Source: Tubulanus polymorphus (taxonomy: Eukaryota > Animalia > Nemertea). Taken from it: a DNA stretch of 64,000 nucleotides. Below are positions 51,267-63,751 of this stretch, one piece after another. The notes under the pieces were generated by a model that made no database searches, was not told where the DNA came from, and was given only the letters and a program-made list of their open reading frames with translations. Position 1 is the stretch's first letter; each line of letters opens with the position of its first letter. The stretch spans positions 11,998,451-12,062,450 of the forward strand of contig NC_134035.1 of assembly GCF_964204645.1 (NCBI RefSeq), given 5' to 3'. Both the position numbers and the translations under genes were made by a program.

Positions 51267-52808
51267 GTACTACATTTAGATAACGATGATAGTATCAGTG
51301 CTTCGTGCTTCATGTATTTATTTCATACTCGTTTGCTTTCGATATAGACTTGAGTTAAAACCATTTTAGTGTTTGGTGTTCATTCCCACGCAGCCCCTAG
51401 AAATAGGGATTATACTTCTGCACCATTGAACTCCTAAAATAGTATTGCATGTGTCCCACTTGCATTTAGTTCTTGTTCTTTAGTCATTTTGAAACTATAT
51501 CGACCAACCACCAAATTTTTTTTCACCAGTGTTGAGGTTTCATCTAGACTGTGAAAACGGTCTCTAACGTTAACAACTGAGTTGCTGTAAAACAAGTTTA
51601 GTTTTTCTCTTATTGCCCCAAATCCTAATTTCGTATGTTTGGCAATATACAGAAAGTGATGTGCCCCTTCATTAACCGAATACACAGCTTTAGATTGTAT
51701 TGTTTGATCGTCAAATAATTCAGAACTGTGTAACTGCGTCCAATTAGACGGGTTTCGATTGAATATATACCGGGTTACAAACTCTACTGGTTGTTTCTAT
51801 CAGGTTTACAAGTTATCCTATTTCGGTAGGGTGTACCCTCGTCGAAACAAATGCGCGGCCAGACTAATCGAAACCTGCCTTAGTATTGTGAATTCCTGTT
51901 TTATATTCCAGTAGTACTTAAGTATTTAATTTCTGTTCTCCTCGTGTTCGAGATCATTCGTGAAGTGGAAGACAGTGTTGAAGCGTTTATGCAGTCAAAC
52001 TCAAAGTCGTCATCACATTCCTTAAGTCCTAATTTTTATGGACGCTCAATTTGTACTTCTAATTCGATTTACCAAGACAACAATGTAATAAGATACTTGA
52101 AACTAGGACGACTTCGGCGTGTTAACGCTTTCGTGAATGGTCCCGGTAGATCGTTGGGTAATCATTTTATCCTTTAATCAATTTTCTCGACGATCTTCTA
52201 TTTTTCAGCCAACATAGCCATCACAGCCATCACAATCACAGCCCAGCTCACAACGGAAACCATCAGAACTAAAAGAGGGTCGGGAGAGCTTCGAGAACTG
52301 TCGTAGACAACTGCATTCCTTCTCCCGGATAATCATCATTGACTCTCTTCATCCGTGTGTGTTCTCTTTCCATTTTATTTTACTACTGAAATATCCCCCC
52401 TCCCTCCCCCCCAAGTTATCCCATCATGAATAAAAAAAGTAATCGTGTACATTTTTATACCCGGTAAAAAGAGTTGCTATCGAAAAGGTTTGTTAACGAA
52501 AATAATGCCGTTTTCGATCAAAATGTATTCCAGACCTCTTGTGGATAGTAAATGATTTTGAACAGTTCGTAAAACAAGCTGAAACAATAAGAAACTGAAT
52601 TTCATTTTATCTTGTATTATCGAATGTTTGTTTGTGTATATTATTAGTAGAATTCATCATTGTTTAATTGTGTAAAAGACATGTACATTAACTACGACTA
52701 CTGAAACTGCATTTCATCCTGCTTCAACGGCGAGTCAAACCCGGTTAGTCTTTAGTTTTTTTGATCATCCACTCTTTCATTCCTTCTGATTATAGCTGTT
52801 TAGTTTTG

Positions 52809-53119
52809 CAGGGTCCCTACGACTCCTTGATTCCTCAAACAAACTCACTCAAAACGAAAATGCTTTTCGTTGTGCTTGAAACTCCTTATAAAGTTTGAAA
52901 CCTTCAATTTTGAGATACCTGCCATTTAGAAATCAACCCAATTATGCACTTCCTTATTTTAGAAACTAAGTTAAGTTAGTGTAAATGATTGAAAATTGTT
53001 TTTAAACCACCCGTCCGAAAATTACCAGTGAACCAAGATGAACAGTACCGATTTAATAGGAGTCTACAGTAAATGAAAATTCCTTATTAATCAAGAATGA
53101 CTGATGTGTAGGGACTCTG
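52809..53119. mobile_element. Putative MITE with CAGGGTCCCTAC TIRs (inverted related copy at ~55658-55843)
   Basis: CAGGGTCCCTACGACTCC ... GTAGGGACTCTG; second copy AGGGTCCCTAC ... GGAGTCGTAGGGACCCTG. Confidence 0.55.
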
Positions 53120-54057
53120 ATTTTGGTTTAATGATAGTTACGATCTATTTTATCATATCAAACGCCGGGTTTCTCGTTGTCGTCGTTGATTTTAAACTTC
53201 ATCGTTGTCATTCGCACTCGCTCGCTGTATGTCTTATTATTTGTACCATTATTTTGAGTGTCCAATAAAAACGGATTTTATAAAATATTCAAACTGCGCT
53301 ATTTAAGTGATTTCATCTGATGTTTGGGTATGATATTCATTGTAGCAAGTGCTGAAAAGTGCTCACTTTTAATAAAGCCCTGCTACATTTACAGCCATAA
53401 TGTTGCAGCAGTGGAAGACTGACCCCGACCAATGGAATTCTGATGTACCCTGATGATTAACCCCAGTAGAGACTACTTGTTTCCATGGCCCCTCCATTCT
53501 GGATCCACACTCGCATCATTATTCTTGTTGAAGGTCCATTCACTGAATTGGCCACCTATAGTCTCGCACAACAAGTTTATACTCTAGACTGGTTTGAATC
53601 CGATTCTGCAGTGCTCTAGGATAAATTTGGTTCAACAGTCCGTTAGGATAAATTTTTTTCAACGGTCCATCGATTGAAACTGACTCCAAGCAGTTGATGC
53701 TGAACTAGAAGATATATGGTAATCATGTGGCGTCAATAGATCGAATCCGGTCATTAATACTGATTTAGAGTAGAGCTGAATGGTCGATGATGAGACTGTA
53801 CTGGCGACACAATCATTCATGAGTCTGGGAAACTTGAGACTTGATTGCGTCATCGACTCAGATTCTGATAAGAGATGCAGGGATCGCGCAGAACGGAATA
53901 AGATTGGTTGGATGGGGGAGTCTATATGATTAGGCCCACAGGTATTTAAGAACTATGTTCGATTCCCTTTTCCTTCGAAATAATTTAACATTCGATATTT
54001 GTTCTCATTCGGGATCGGGTTGATTGTTGTTGGGAAATTTCCAATTATATGCCATGA

Positions 54058-54200
54058 CGCCATCTATTGGAATTTCGCTGAACTGACCAGATTGCTCTCA
54101 CTGACTACTGCTCTTAGTCAATGTGTTGAGATAACACTCGCCACCTAATGGAAATAATCGATATTGCAGAGTCAGTTCAGCATAATTCCAATAGATGGCG
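54058..54200. promoter_or_regulatory. Inverted repeat carrying divergently oriented CTCF-like motifs between convergent genes
   Basis: CGCCATCTATTGG (54058-54070), CGCCACCTAATGG (54139-54151), CCAATAGATGGCG (54188-54200); 30-bp inverted arms at 54058-54087 and 54171-54200. Confidence 0.4.
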
Positions 54201-54242
54201 ATCAAAGCATACCGGTAGGCCAAATCGATGGTATCGTATTAA

Positions 54243-54525
54243 CCCTTTCCGTGCTGACTAATTAATACCCTATAGTGCTGGAGATAATTTGAAAATTCTG
54301 AAAAATTCCACCCTAGTGTGTTGAATAACGGGAATAGCACTATAGTGCGTCTACACCGCGGCGCGGTGTATCGTTAGTTACTAATATTTCACTATGTTTG
54401 ACAGGTGTTGCCACCTTTCAAGAGAGATAATTAGTAATTACTAATTAAATCAATACACCGCAGTGCGGTGTACTAGCAAAATCCATCACTGATTCGTACA
54501 CCGCACTGCGGTGTAGACGCACTGA
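54243..54525. mobile_element. Non-autonomous piggyBac-type element (third copy, inverted, one end truncated)
   Basis: TTAA-CCCTTTCCGTGCTGACTAA start; reverse complement of the 6204 and 7651 copies; terminal AAGGG-TTAA is missing. Confidence 0.75.
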
Positions 54526-56559
54526 TGTCTCAAGCATTAAGAGGGCTCTAGCAGCTATCCTCAGTTTCCTCTACTCCTCATCTTCGACTCCAAATCCAGA
54601 CTGATTCTCTGATGCATGTGGGATATTAAAATTACGAAGTCCGACCAGACACTCAAAAACAAACAATCGTTTCTGTATTAAACATACATGTATTTTACTT
54701 TTATTTCTGAACCAGTATTCCTAAGACCGAAATGTAACACAGTACAAGCTTATGTAGATACATATAAGAATAAAGAAAGCACAAAGCTAAAATGTGAGTA
54801 AATATTTTCTCACACAATTATTGAATGATACACATAAATCAGTATTGTACTTAGAAACTTATTAGTACTGCCGGCAAAAATTGAAGAAACCTTTTCAACA
54901 ACAGAAAACAAAGTAAGAACCTTTATAATCCATAAAAGAATTCTATATTTCGTCTCATAGTCATAGAGTGGTTAGATCTAACCTCGGCAAGACCGGTTCC
55001 ATGGTTTAAACCAGAAAACTGTGGAACTGAAGCCTTCTCTTCTGTTCAATTATGGGGCTATAGATGTCAAGAGCGAAAAGGATATAAGAATAGACAAGAG
55101 AGAGCTCCGAGATGAATCCAATCTGTACAGGAATTCTCTTATCTTCTGTCATTAAGGGCAATTTACCCTTAGACAAAGGGAAAAGGAGGTAAGACTCGAC
55201 TTACACAGGTCCGAGTCTTAAAGAACATCACAAAACATTCATGTGTAATGCTCCAAGAAATCTTACTCATAATATGATTATGATCATTTTCTTAATACAT
55301 ACATGATCATGTAGTAGATACTTTTAATACACATTGCTTAAAACATTCAACTTATTTCATTTTCTCAATATAATGATACTTCGTAATCTTATTCCTAATA
55401 TATTGCATTGCGTTATATGTTTAAGCATTTAAGCATTATATGTTTAAGACGTAAAACATTTCACCAAGAATATAAGAGCTGCGTAATAGTCCATTTTGAT
55501 TACACTTTAAGAATTTTAGCTGTTACTTTTTGTCATTGGATTTTTATGACGCACAGTAGAGACCAGTCAACAACACTCTCAATATGTAGCCACATTATTC
55601 TAGTGTGTATATACAACCTTTTTCGTTGTTTAACATCATCAGCATTTTCACATTAATAGGGTCCCTACAGTCATTCCTGGGTACAAGGAGTTTTAAAGGA
55701 ACAACATTTCAAAGAAGCGTCTGCGTCACTTTCATTTCCCAATTACTGTAGACTTCCCTTAAATTGGTTGTGTTTATCTCAGTAAACCATTAATTCAGTG
55801 GTTTCATAAGGTGTTTAGGAATGAAGGAGTCGTAGGGACCCTGTCTATATACTGAGACCTTTTTGTTGTTCAACTTTATTGGTATTCTCACACTTTTAAA
55901 CGATGACGATAATCTATCGAAGAATAAGGCAATAAGATTATATTGTTTTTCTAAGAAATTGTCGGAGTTATATTCAAACCAGAAAGACGGGGGGAATTAG
56001 TTGCAAGCGGAACTCGCAAAGTTCTGGTCTAAATATGAACTCGCTCTAGTTGACTACTGTATAACATGAGTCAACATTGCTTCATTATTAAAATCATCAT
56101 TCATAATTCATCTTTATATTATCATACTTTAGATCTTTCTCATGATACAAGAAGGGAAAAAATACTCTATACTTTTAGGCCGGTTTCGATTGGTATCTAT
56201 TATACACTTCTCGCATAACACATCGGGACCGTACAAATTCGGCGACCAGTTTCACAAAAAGGTCTAACTCTTTTTAAATCGATTTAATTCTTTCATTAGT
56301 TCAGTCGATCTAGAATCGATTTAGGAGTGAAACATTTTTGTGATTCTGATCCCTGCCTGAAACTAGCTCACCACCTGTTGGCGAGAATTTACACATGATT
56401 TCAAGTAGAATTTAAGAAACGTCGATTTCAAAATTTAACCGCTTTGATTTGAGCTAGTCTCTCTGGTTCTGCGTGAAAAAGCTGCTAAGCGTACAATTTA
56501 GTGATTGAGATGTGGTCTTCACTCTTCTCATTCTTTCTCAATCGTTCAGATTTGCTGCA

Positions 56560-58785
56560 TTAAATGATTGATATCGGCAAAATATGTTCCTGAAATAGAT
56601 ATAAATTAATAATTCTACGGAGAAGATAAATCAAAGAAATTGACAAAGTAACTGTATGTTCATGTACATTAATTTGCAAATAAAGCCCCTGATCTGAACC
56701 TAGCTCCTAAACAACCCTCAGATCGTAAACTTAGCATCTACCCTACCCCCTAAACGCTGCATAATCCTTAACATTATCTCTACTCCTTCCCCTAATATCA
56801 AACATAATCTTTACTTCTAACAACTTGAGACCAGTCCTATGATTCTTAGTGGATTGGTCTTAGAATATCATCGTCATCTAAGATCACAATTTTTCATCTT
56901 TTGCCAGGACTGTGAAACTGGGCTGGAGTTCCAGTGGTGCTTGTCAATACGAAGCAGTGATATATAAATACTTACGAGATGATCTCTGCTCTCACCACGT
57001 TCATAGCGCACCGAGACATCGGTATTCTCTTCAATCAAACTACAACCCTCACCATCTACAAAACATAACAACCAACATCAACATCATTGTACATGTATCA
57101 ATAATGAGCGCACTCATCTAAACCTACAGCAGAACGGAGGGATATTTGTCTCCAAGTACAGTGAGTGGAATTTTCATCAGGAATTTGATTAAAAAGATTT
57201 AAGGTAAATTTTGTCACTTGAATACAGAGGCTAGTTTCACGCGCGTAGATTAAATACTAGTCTTAGCTCAGATTTACAGCCAATTGAACAACTTAACAAA
57301 TTCATGAATCCGAGTATAACTCTTGTACTTGCGGTTCTGCTAACATTGCTACTACGTTATACTTACTTGTGACGTAAAATGGCACTGCTGCCGGAGGTTG
57401 AATCCAGAATTGATCAGGAACCTCGTAGATTACGGACTGATCGATGATATCTTCATTACCATAATCGACGAAGAACACCAGAGATTTATCACCGATATGT
57501 TCCATGATATAAACTCTGAATAATACGACACACAGGTAAACATTAATATCGAATACAACTGGCTTACCTTGAGTGAGTATGCAGAATGGAACCACCCTTT
57601 TACATAGTATGCAACCTGGAACCACCCTTTTAGAGAGTATGCAGAATGGAACCACCCTTACCTCTTTCTGATGAACCACTGTTTGAGAGGGCACTGATGA
57701 AATGTAGAGAGAATCCCACAATGATAAGGAAAAAGTCCGAAAATGTAACTTTGAGTTTATTCAACGTTTCGACTATATCCCAATCATAATCTTCAGGAAT
57801 AATGAAGATAGTTACATTTTCGGACTCTTCCCTTATCATTGTGGGATTCTCTCTACATCGCGTCAACACGGATATAGTGATCTATCAATCGTGAACACTG
57901 ATGGAATGTCTTATGTATAGAGTTTGTAATTCATTTTCAATTAATTTTGTTCAGCACAAAGTCCAGAAGATATATGTAAAGTGTGCACACTCAGTTTTCG
58001 AGTGTGATAAAACATGTAATTCCTGGTTTGTGTGCTTTATTTTCAATCAAAAATACCTCGGTTGAAGTCCTGAGCGAATGAGAAGTGGGAAGCGTGCGAT
58101 CAGTTACATTATCAGGTTTGTTAATATAACTAGTCACATATTTGTTATTCAGATATTTGAACAGTTAATTCTGTATTTTCTACTCACCGATAAAAACAGC
58201 CCATATATTCAGCCATTCCTCTGAATGTTTGTAAATTCACCGGTTTACGATGAGGCAACTCATTCAATGATTTCACTAAAACTTCCAACTGACGAAGTTC
58301 CGGTTCCTGGAAATTAACGTCAATCCAATATTTACCACGACCGTATTCCAAATAAAAAATATTGACTGCACAGGTTGAAATTAACCCAAACATCAGGACC
58401 CAGTTTCACAGTTGTTAGTTAGAGTTAACTCTTGAGTTAAAATCCGTTCCTTTTCAATGAGTTAACTCTGAGTGAAATCTTAACTCATAACTGTGGAACT
58501 GGGTCCCGTTTGAATAAAGCGGTTCAGAGTATGAACACTCGCAACCTTTGAGGGGTTAAGCGAGGTTGATTTTATTGAAAAAACTTACGAACATCATCAT
58601 ATGAGCGAACATGAACTTCCTGTTAACAATGTGAGTAATCCTGATGTCTAATATCAGCGGTAGAGATGTTTTCAAGTACGAACCGATACCGATGAATTGT
58701 AACATCTCGTCGTGAATGCGTCTGTTCATACCGAGCGGTTTACTGCACATTCCGCTCGATAGAAACTCATCTTCATCTACATCTA

Positions 58786-58851
<66 letters not shown>

Positions 58852-61800
58852 CATCATGTTTATTCGTTCATCTCTTCATTTCCTTACAGACTCGTAATGC
58901 TTAACATTTAACAGAATAACCATTACACATACAAATAATAATCAGGGATATTTTTGAGTGGGGGACTTACTTGTGACCGTGAATGGATCAGGGATTTCAG
59001 ATTTTTAAGCAAATGAGAAGGCCCCGTCGTCGTGCTGCGACGGCTACCCCCCTAGATGGCGTACATATCAATAGGGCGATTACAACCTAGTTTAAAATAT
59101 CACAAGTTATTGAATACGAAGGACCCGAAATTTATAAATATTAATTACATTGATGAATATTTTAATATATATTTATCTAAATGTTGAAATGTTCTGTAAA
59201 TGATATTTGTTTTTTTCATAATTGTACCCATTTGCATGTATTTCTATATCCTTAAACAATTTTCAGGATGAATTAATTTATCTTAAATCAAAAATTCAGT
59301 TCATTTTTTTATTACGGAAAGAAAACCGGTACTGATGCACACTAGTGACACCTGGCGGATCCTCGCTTGCCACGTGACAGATGAACGTAGAGTCGAGATG
59401 AAAGGACGCTCGAAACTCACCTAACAGTTCGAAAGATAATTCACAACCTTCGAAATCCCTATTACTGCAAGCGCGTTCCATAACCAACTGAATAGATTTC
59501 TGCACTGGAAATGAAACGTAAGCTTCCGTCCTGAAAATGAAAAAATCAAAAAAAACTTTTTATACTTCCAGCGCGATACTAGTTACCCGAATCGGGCTAA
59601 ACTTTCTTACCTCATATCTTGATGATACCGATTTCTCATCTGAACGTGGGCGCCCCCTATACCTAAACGGTTAAAATAATCCTTTAATTCTCCCTAAATG
59701 AAAAAAAAAAACAAAAATAAGTGAGTTCGACTGTCATACACATTTTATCGATACACTTTTAAGTGATTGTCAAAGACTTGAAGCTAAAATGGTGAATATC
59801 TGAAGGGGGCGGTTTCAGGTTGCGATTTAATACCATCCGGCAGGGATTCAAACCTGATGGCATCGAGATTGCCACGGTATGAAACCCTGCCACACTAGAC
59901 CGAGTGTGCAGCTTAGATGATGTCATTATCAGCCAATCAGATATCCCGTTTTATTTGAGCCCGGGTTTTTCCGTTTATAGTTCATCCTTGAAATTTACCT
60001 CAGCGATTATACAACGAGCAATCTGATTGGTGCCGCAAGTGTTCGTATGGCAAAGCTGGGCATGTACCTTTGCACCCGGTCTAGTGTGGCAGGGGTTCGT
60101 GCCGTAGCTGAGTGTAGCGATGCCATCAGGTTCGAACCCCTGCCGAGGGAGGATGTTTAATACCTGTAAATAAAGACTTACCCAGTAAGTTCCGTACGGG
60201 AAATCACGAACCACCAGAATTCGTCCGGTATTTACTTGAGAAGTGAACGATTTACTCGACATCGATAAACTACTCATAGCATCATCTACCACTAGAACAT
60301 CATCATCGTCTTCGAGATCGGGCATCGCGTCATCATCGTCTTCGAGAGGGGGCATCGCATCTTCGGCTTCTAGATCGGGCATTTTATCATTGTTTTCTAA
60401 CTCGGGCGTGTCTCCGTAATCGGCTACTACATGACGACTCTTATCATACCCGCCCGCTGTATTCCTGTAATCACCATACGCCCTGATCGGTGTACTGTTG
60501 TTGTTGTTTAAAAGTTTCGTTGCTACAAAAAATATCAGTTCTGGTTTAGTAGCTCAGAGTGACGATATGGAAGATGTGCGTACGTGGGTTGGGCCGGCCG
60601 TTGAACAATGTAACAATATGAATAAGAATTCCTGACCTGACCTGAGTCAGTTACAGGACATAAGTCTAGTACCTAGCCGTTGTTCCCCAAACGTTGTTGT
60701 GGGAAAACCTTAGTCAGTAACCTGTCTGCGGTTTAGTTTCACGATCGGATATTTTCACAAACCACATGCCCTGTATATATTGGTATAAGCCCATCCGATT
60801 ATAAAAAGCTTACCACCAACGATTAGGTAACTAACTAGGAAAACCTGTAACATCTGTATTCAGACTAACTGGACAGTGGTTCGGTTTCTCACTAACAGCA
60901 TAAGCCTTAGTCAGTAACCTGTCTGTGGTTTAGTTTCGCGATTGGATATTTTCACAAACCACATGCCCTGTATATATTGGTATAAGCCCATCCGATTATG
61001 AACCACCAACGATTAGGTTACTAACTACATAAGCCTTGGCTTACCACCAAAGATTCATTACCTAAATATGACCTATATACCCCTTAAACTCAGGGAGTAG
61101 TTAAATATCAATATGATAACATCATTGAAAACATATTCAACAAACCTTTAATAATGTGAGGACTGGACATATTGAAAAGTTCTGTGTAACTCTTAGTGTT
61201 AGTGTGTGTATATATGTTTCATACAGTATGGGAGCCACACTGTACTATTTTAACATTCAACTGGCTGACCTAGATTTAGGATCATCTATTTTCGATGGTG
61301 TCATATTTTTGCCAATAATGTGTCAGATAGTCTGTAAATCTAATTTTTGGAAAACTAAAAATACGGATAATAATACCATACCGGTGATCGATTCCAGTCA
61401 AAGAAAAGACTATAGATTTAATAAACCATGAATTCTTTTAATATCTTCATACAGACTTTTTACAGATCAGAGAATCCAAAATTCCCTGATTTTCTATGAC
61501 CATTGATCAAAATTTCCCTGATTGAATAAGATTTCCTCAGTAAGGGCTGTTTCTTCTTCCACTCATCACCAGCTAGTCTGAATACCAGTCCTTGGTCGGG
61601 GTTGTTTGTAGAACGACGGCTAGGTACTAGACTAATCACCAGCAAGAACGACAAGATACCAAAAATTCAAATACCCAGACTTTTCCTCGTCAATAACCTG
61701 TGGTTCACAATCAGATATTTTCAGATCCAATCAGATATAAGGCACATCTAGATGATCATCTGTTGGTATGAGCCCATCCGATTATAAAAGCCACCAACGA

Positions 61801-63751
61801 TTAGGTAACTAACTTAGTCTGAATACCAGTTGTTGTTACGGGTTGTTTGAGGAACAACGGCTAGGTACTAGGCTAGTAACTAACTAAACTTTTCCATGAT
61901 TCTCGAGAAGTAGAATTCCGCTATTCTCCATCAGCGAAAAAAAAAACAAATGCGAAATTCCCTGAAAATCAAAACTAGACGCGATAGAAAATACAACCTA
62001 CGTTTATATGGTTTTTTCTTCCTTGTATCTTGTAGTTTTGATTGCGAGGGAGATGATGCGGTCGAAGAGCTCTTCGACGACAGTGGAGACGTTGTTTTCT
62101 TACCGCGACGGTTCTCTTCCGGTATAATCAGTTTATATTTCTCACCGTACTCTCTTAGACATTTCCTCGCGTCGTTTTCTGTCCAATACCGAATGAAGAC
62201 ATAACTGAAAACAAATTTCTTCGTGATCGTTTGCAAATTTTTCAAGCAAACATCCATCCATTTTCCTCCTATTTTCACATCAATATGATCCCTGATGGCC
62301 ACTCTCCGTATCGTACTTACCGTGAAGAATTGCCTATTTCTGCCACCTTACCCACTTTTGAAAATATTGCCATAATCTCCTAAAAAAAAAGTAGCAAATA
62401 TAAGTAGAACACTTTGAATCTCAAACTGTATTTTGTCAAATGCAGTACAGACTCTTCGATACGGTAACAAAAGCTCAGCACTTCAGTAATTTAAGCAACT
62501 TAATAATGTTAGCGAAAATTGTTCTTAGTAGAAAAGTTTTATCATCGAATCCGATAGATTTGATTACTGGTAGGCCTAGATGACTCATATCACAGTAGGC
62601 CCTAAGACGACGACAATTTTCAGAAACAACAGATTTATTTGTTCTTATGATTGTGGCTTTTACATCGACACCAAATATTTAAGACTGCTTTTTGTTGTCT
62701 CTCAACTTCATACGACGGTTCTTACAGTCAGTGAATCGAAACTCCCCAATTATGCCCTGACCATTGGCTAAAAATTCCCGTATCAGATTACAAGATATCT
62801 TCAGTGTGGACTGAGATTCCTTGTGTCACTTGTCACCAGCAAAAACATCAACACACCAAAATTACAAATTCCCTGATTTTCAAGAAAAGTCAGAACTGCC
62901 TAATTTTCCCATAATCCCCTGATTTTTTCCTGATCTGTAAGACCCCTGCCTTTTGGCAGTACTCTATCTATTGTTGCATAGATACCTGTTCATTGTTTGG
63001 ACCTTTGTCTTTACTGTATCCAATGGCATACATGCCTTTACAATTAGTGGGAATTCTTTCTGAAAAGCGACAAAATCGGTTAGTTAACTTGAAAACCGAT
63101 GGACTCCAAAAGCTGTAGAAAGGAAATAACCAAATAATATATACTATACTAGGAATCAAATTTCCATATTTCCACATTTTCATATTTTTCATAAGCTTTT
63201 TAAAGAAATGAATATTCCCTGACTTTTCCCATCTTCACCCGTCAGGGGATTCGAACCCACTACGCTAAAGCTGTTCCCCGAACCCCTTGACCTCACGAGT
63301 CGTTGGAGTTGTTACTAGCCGACCAGAATCCGGTCGTACCAATCACAGCGCTCGTAACAAACGACAGTAGACTTCTGTTGGTTTTCCCGTTAAATGGACC
63401 AATCAGCGACCGTTTTACCGAACAAGGGAGTATTTCACAAATCGATATATGACGTCATGCGCAACAGCGCCAGTAATGAAATCACGCTTCGTGAGGCCAG
63501 GTGGCTGGTGGAAGCGAGTTTGGGAGTGATACCCGACCCCTGGCAAGCGAGGATGGACCGTTTTAACTGATATCATTACTCATACTAAAGTAGATATTAC
63601 CATTGGCATACTTGTCTGGAATCAATTCTCCTTGTTCTTGTTGCGGTGAACGAGGAGTTTTCTTGGCATACTTGTCTGGAATCAATTCTCCTTGTTCTTG
63701 TTGCGGTGAACGAGGAGTTTTCCCTTCAGCTTTCTTCGCAGCCGGTGACAT
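56560..63751 (-). CDS. RRM-RRM-Tudor protein (TDRD10-like architecture), ~530 aa; the 5' end may extend upstream
   Basis: Exons 63751(or 63815)-63601, 63059-62986, 62379-62321, 62204-62002, 60522-60182, 59693-59611, 59530-59421, 58782-58589, 58306-58188, 57515-57367, 57055-56976, 56589-56560, all in phase. RRM1: GMYAIGY..EIMAIFSKVGKV..YVFIRY..ENDARKC. RRM2: ILVVRDFP..ELKDYF..AYVSF. Tudor: GCFYRVYI...SLVFFVDYGNED....IYEVPDQFWIQPPAAVPF. Confidence 0.78.
57702..57893. mobile_element. Penelope-like fold-back element (same family), internally deleted
   Basis: Same arms and the ...TCGCGTCAACACGGATATAGTGATCTATCAATCGTG tail; imperfect flanking repeat CACTGATG(A/G)AATGT at 57692 and 57896. Confidence 0.72.
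58786..58851. repeat. (TAA)n microsatellite, probable retroelement tail, abutting a splice acceptor
   Basis: ~22 TAA units; on the minus strand AATAAAC..ATGATG(ATT)nTAG|exon. Confidence 0.85.
59838..60145. mobile_element. Fold-back element with long imperfect inverted arms
   Basis: CGGCAGGGATTCAAACCTGATGGCATCG...CCCTGCCACACTAGACCG is matched in reverse by CGGTCTAGTGTGGCAGGG...CGATGCCATCAGGTTCGAACCCCTGCCG. Confidence 0.55.
63603..63722 (-). repeat. Exact 60-bp in-frame tandem duplication in a coding exon
   Basis: Encodes KTPRSPQQEQGELIPDKYA twice. Confidence 0.9.

Noticed and set aside
57575-57660. VVPFCILSKR repeat as part of the Tudor protein
   Set aside because: A 30-bp x3 intronic repeat upstream of the true acceptor at 57515.
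60129-60145. tRNA gene (GGTTCGAACCC B-box; similar at ~63245 and ~50022)
   Set aside because: No A-box or cloverleaf can be built; the motif lies in the arm of a fold-back repeat.
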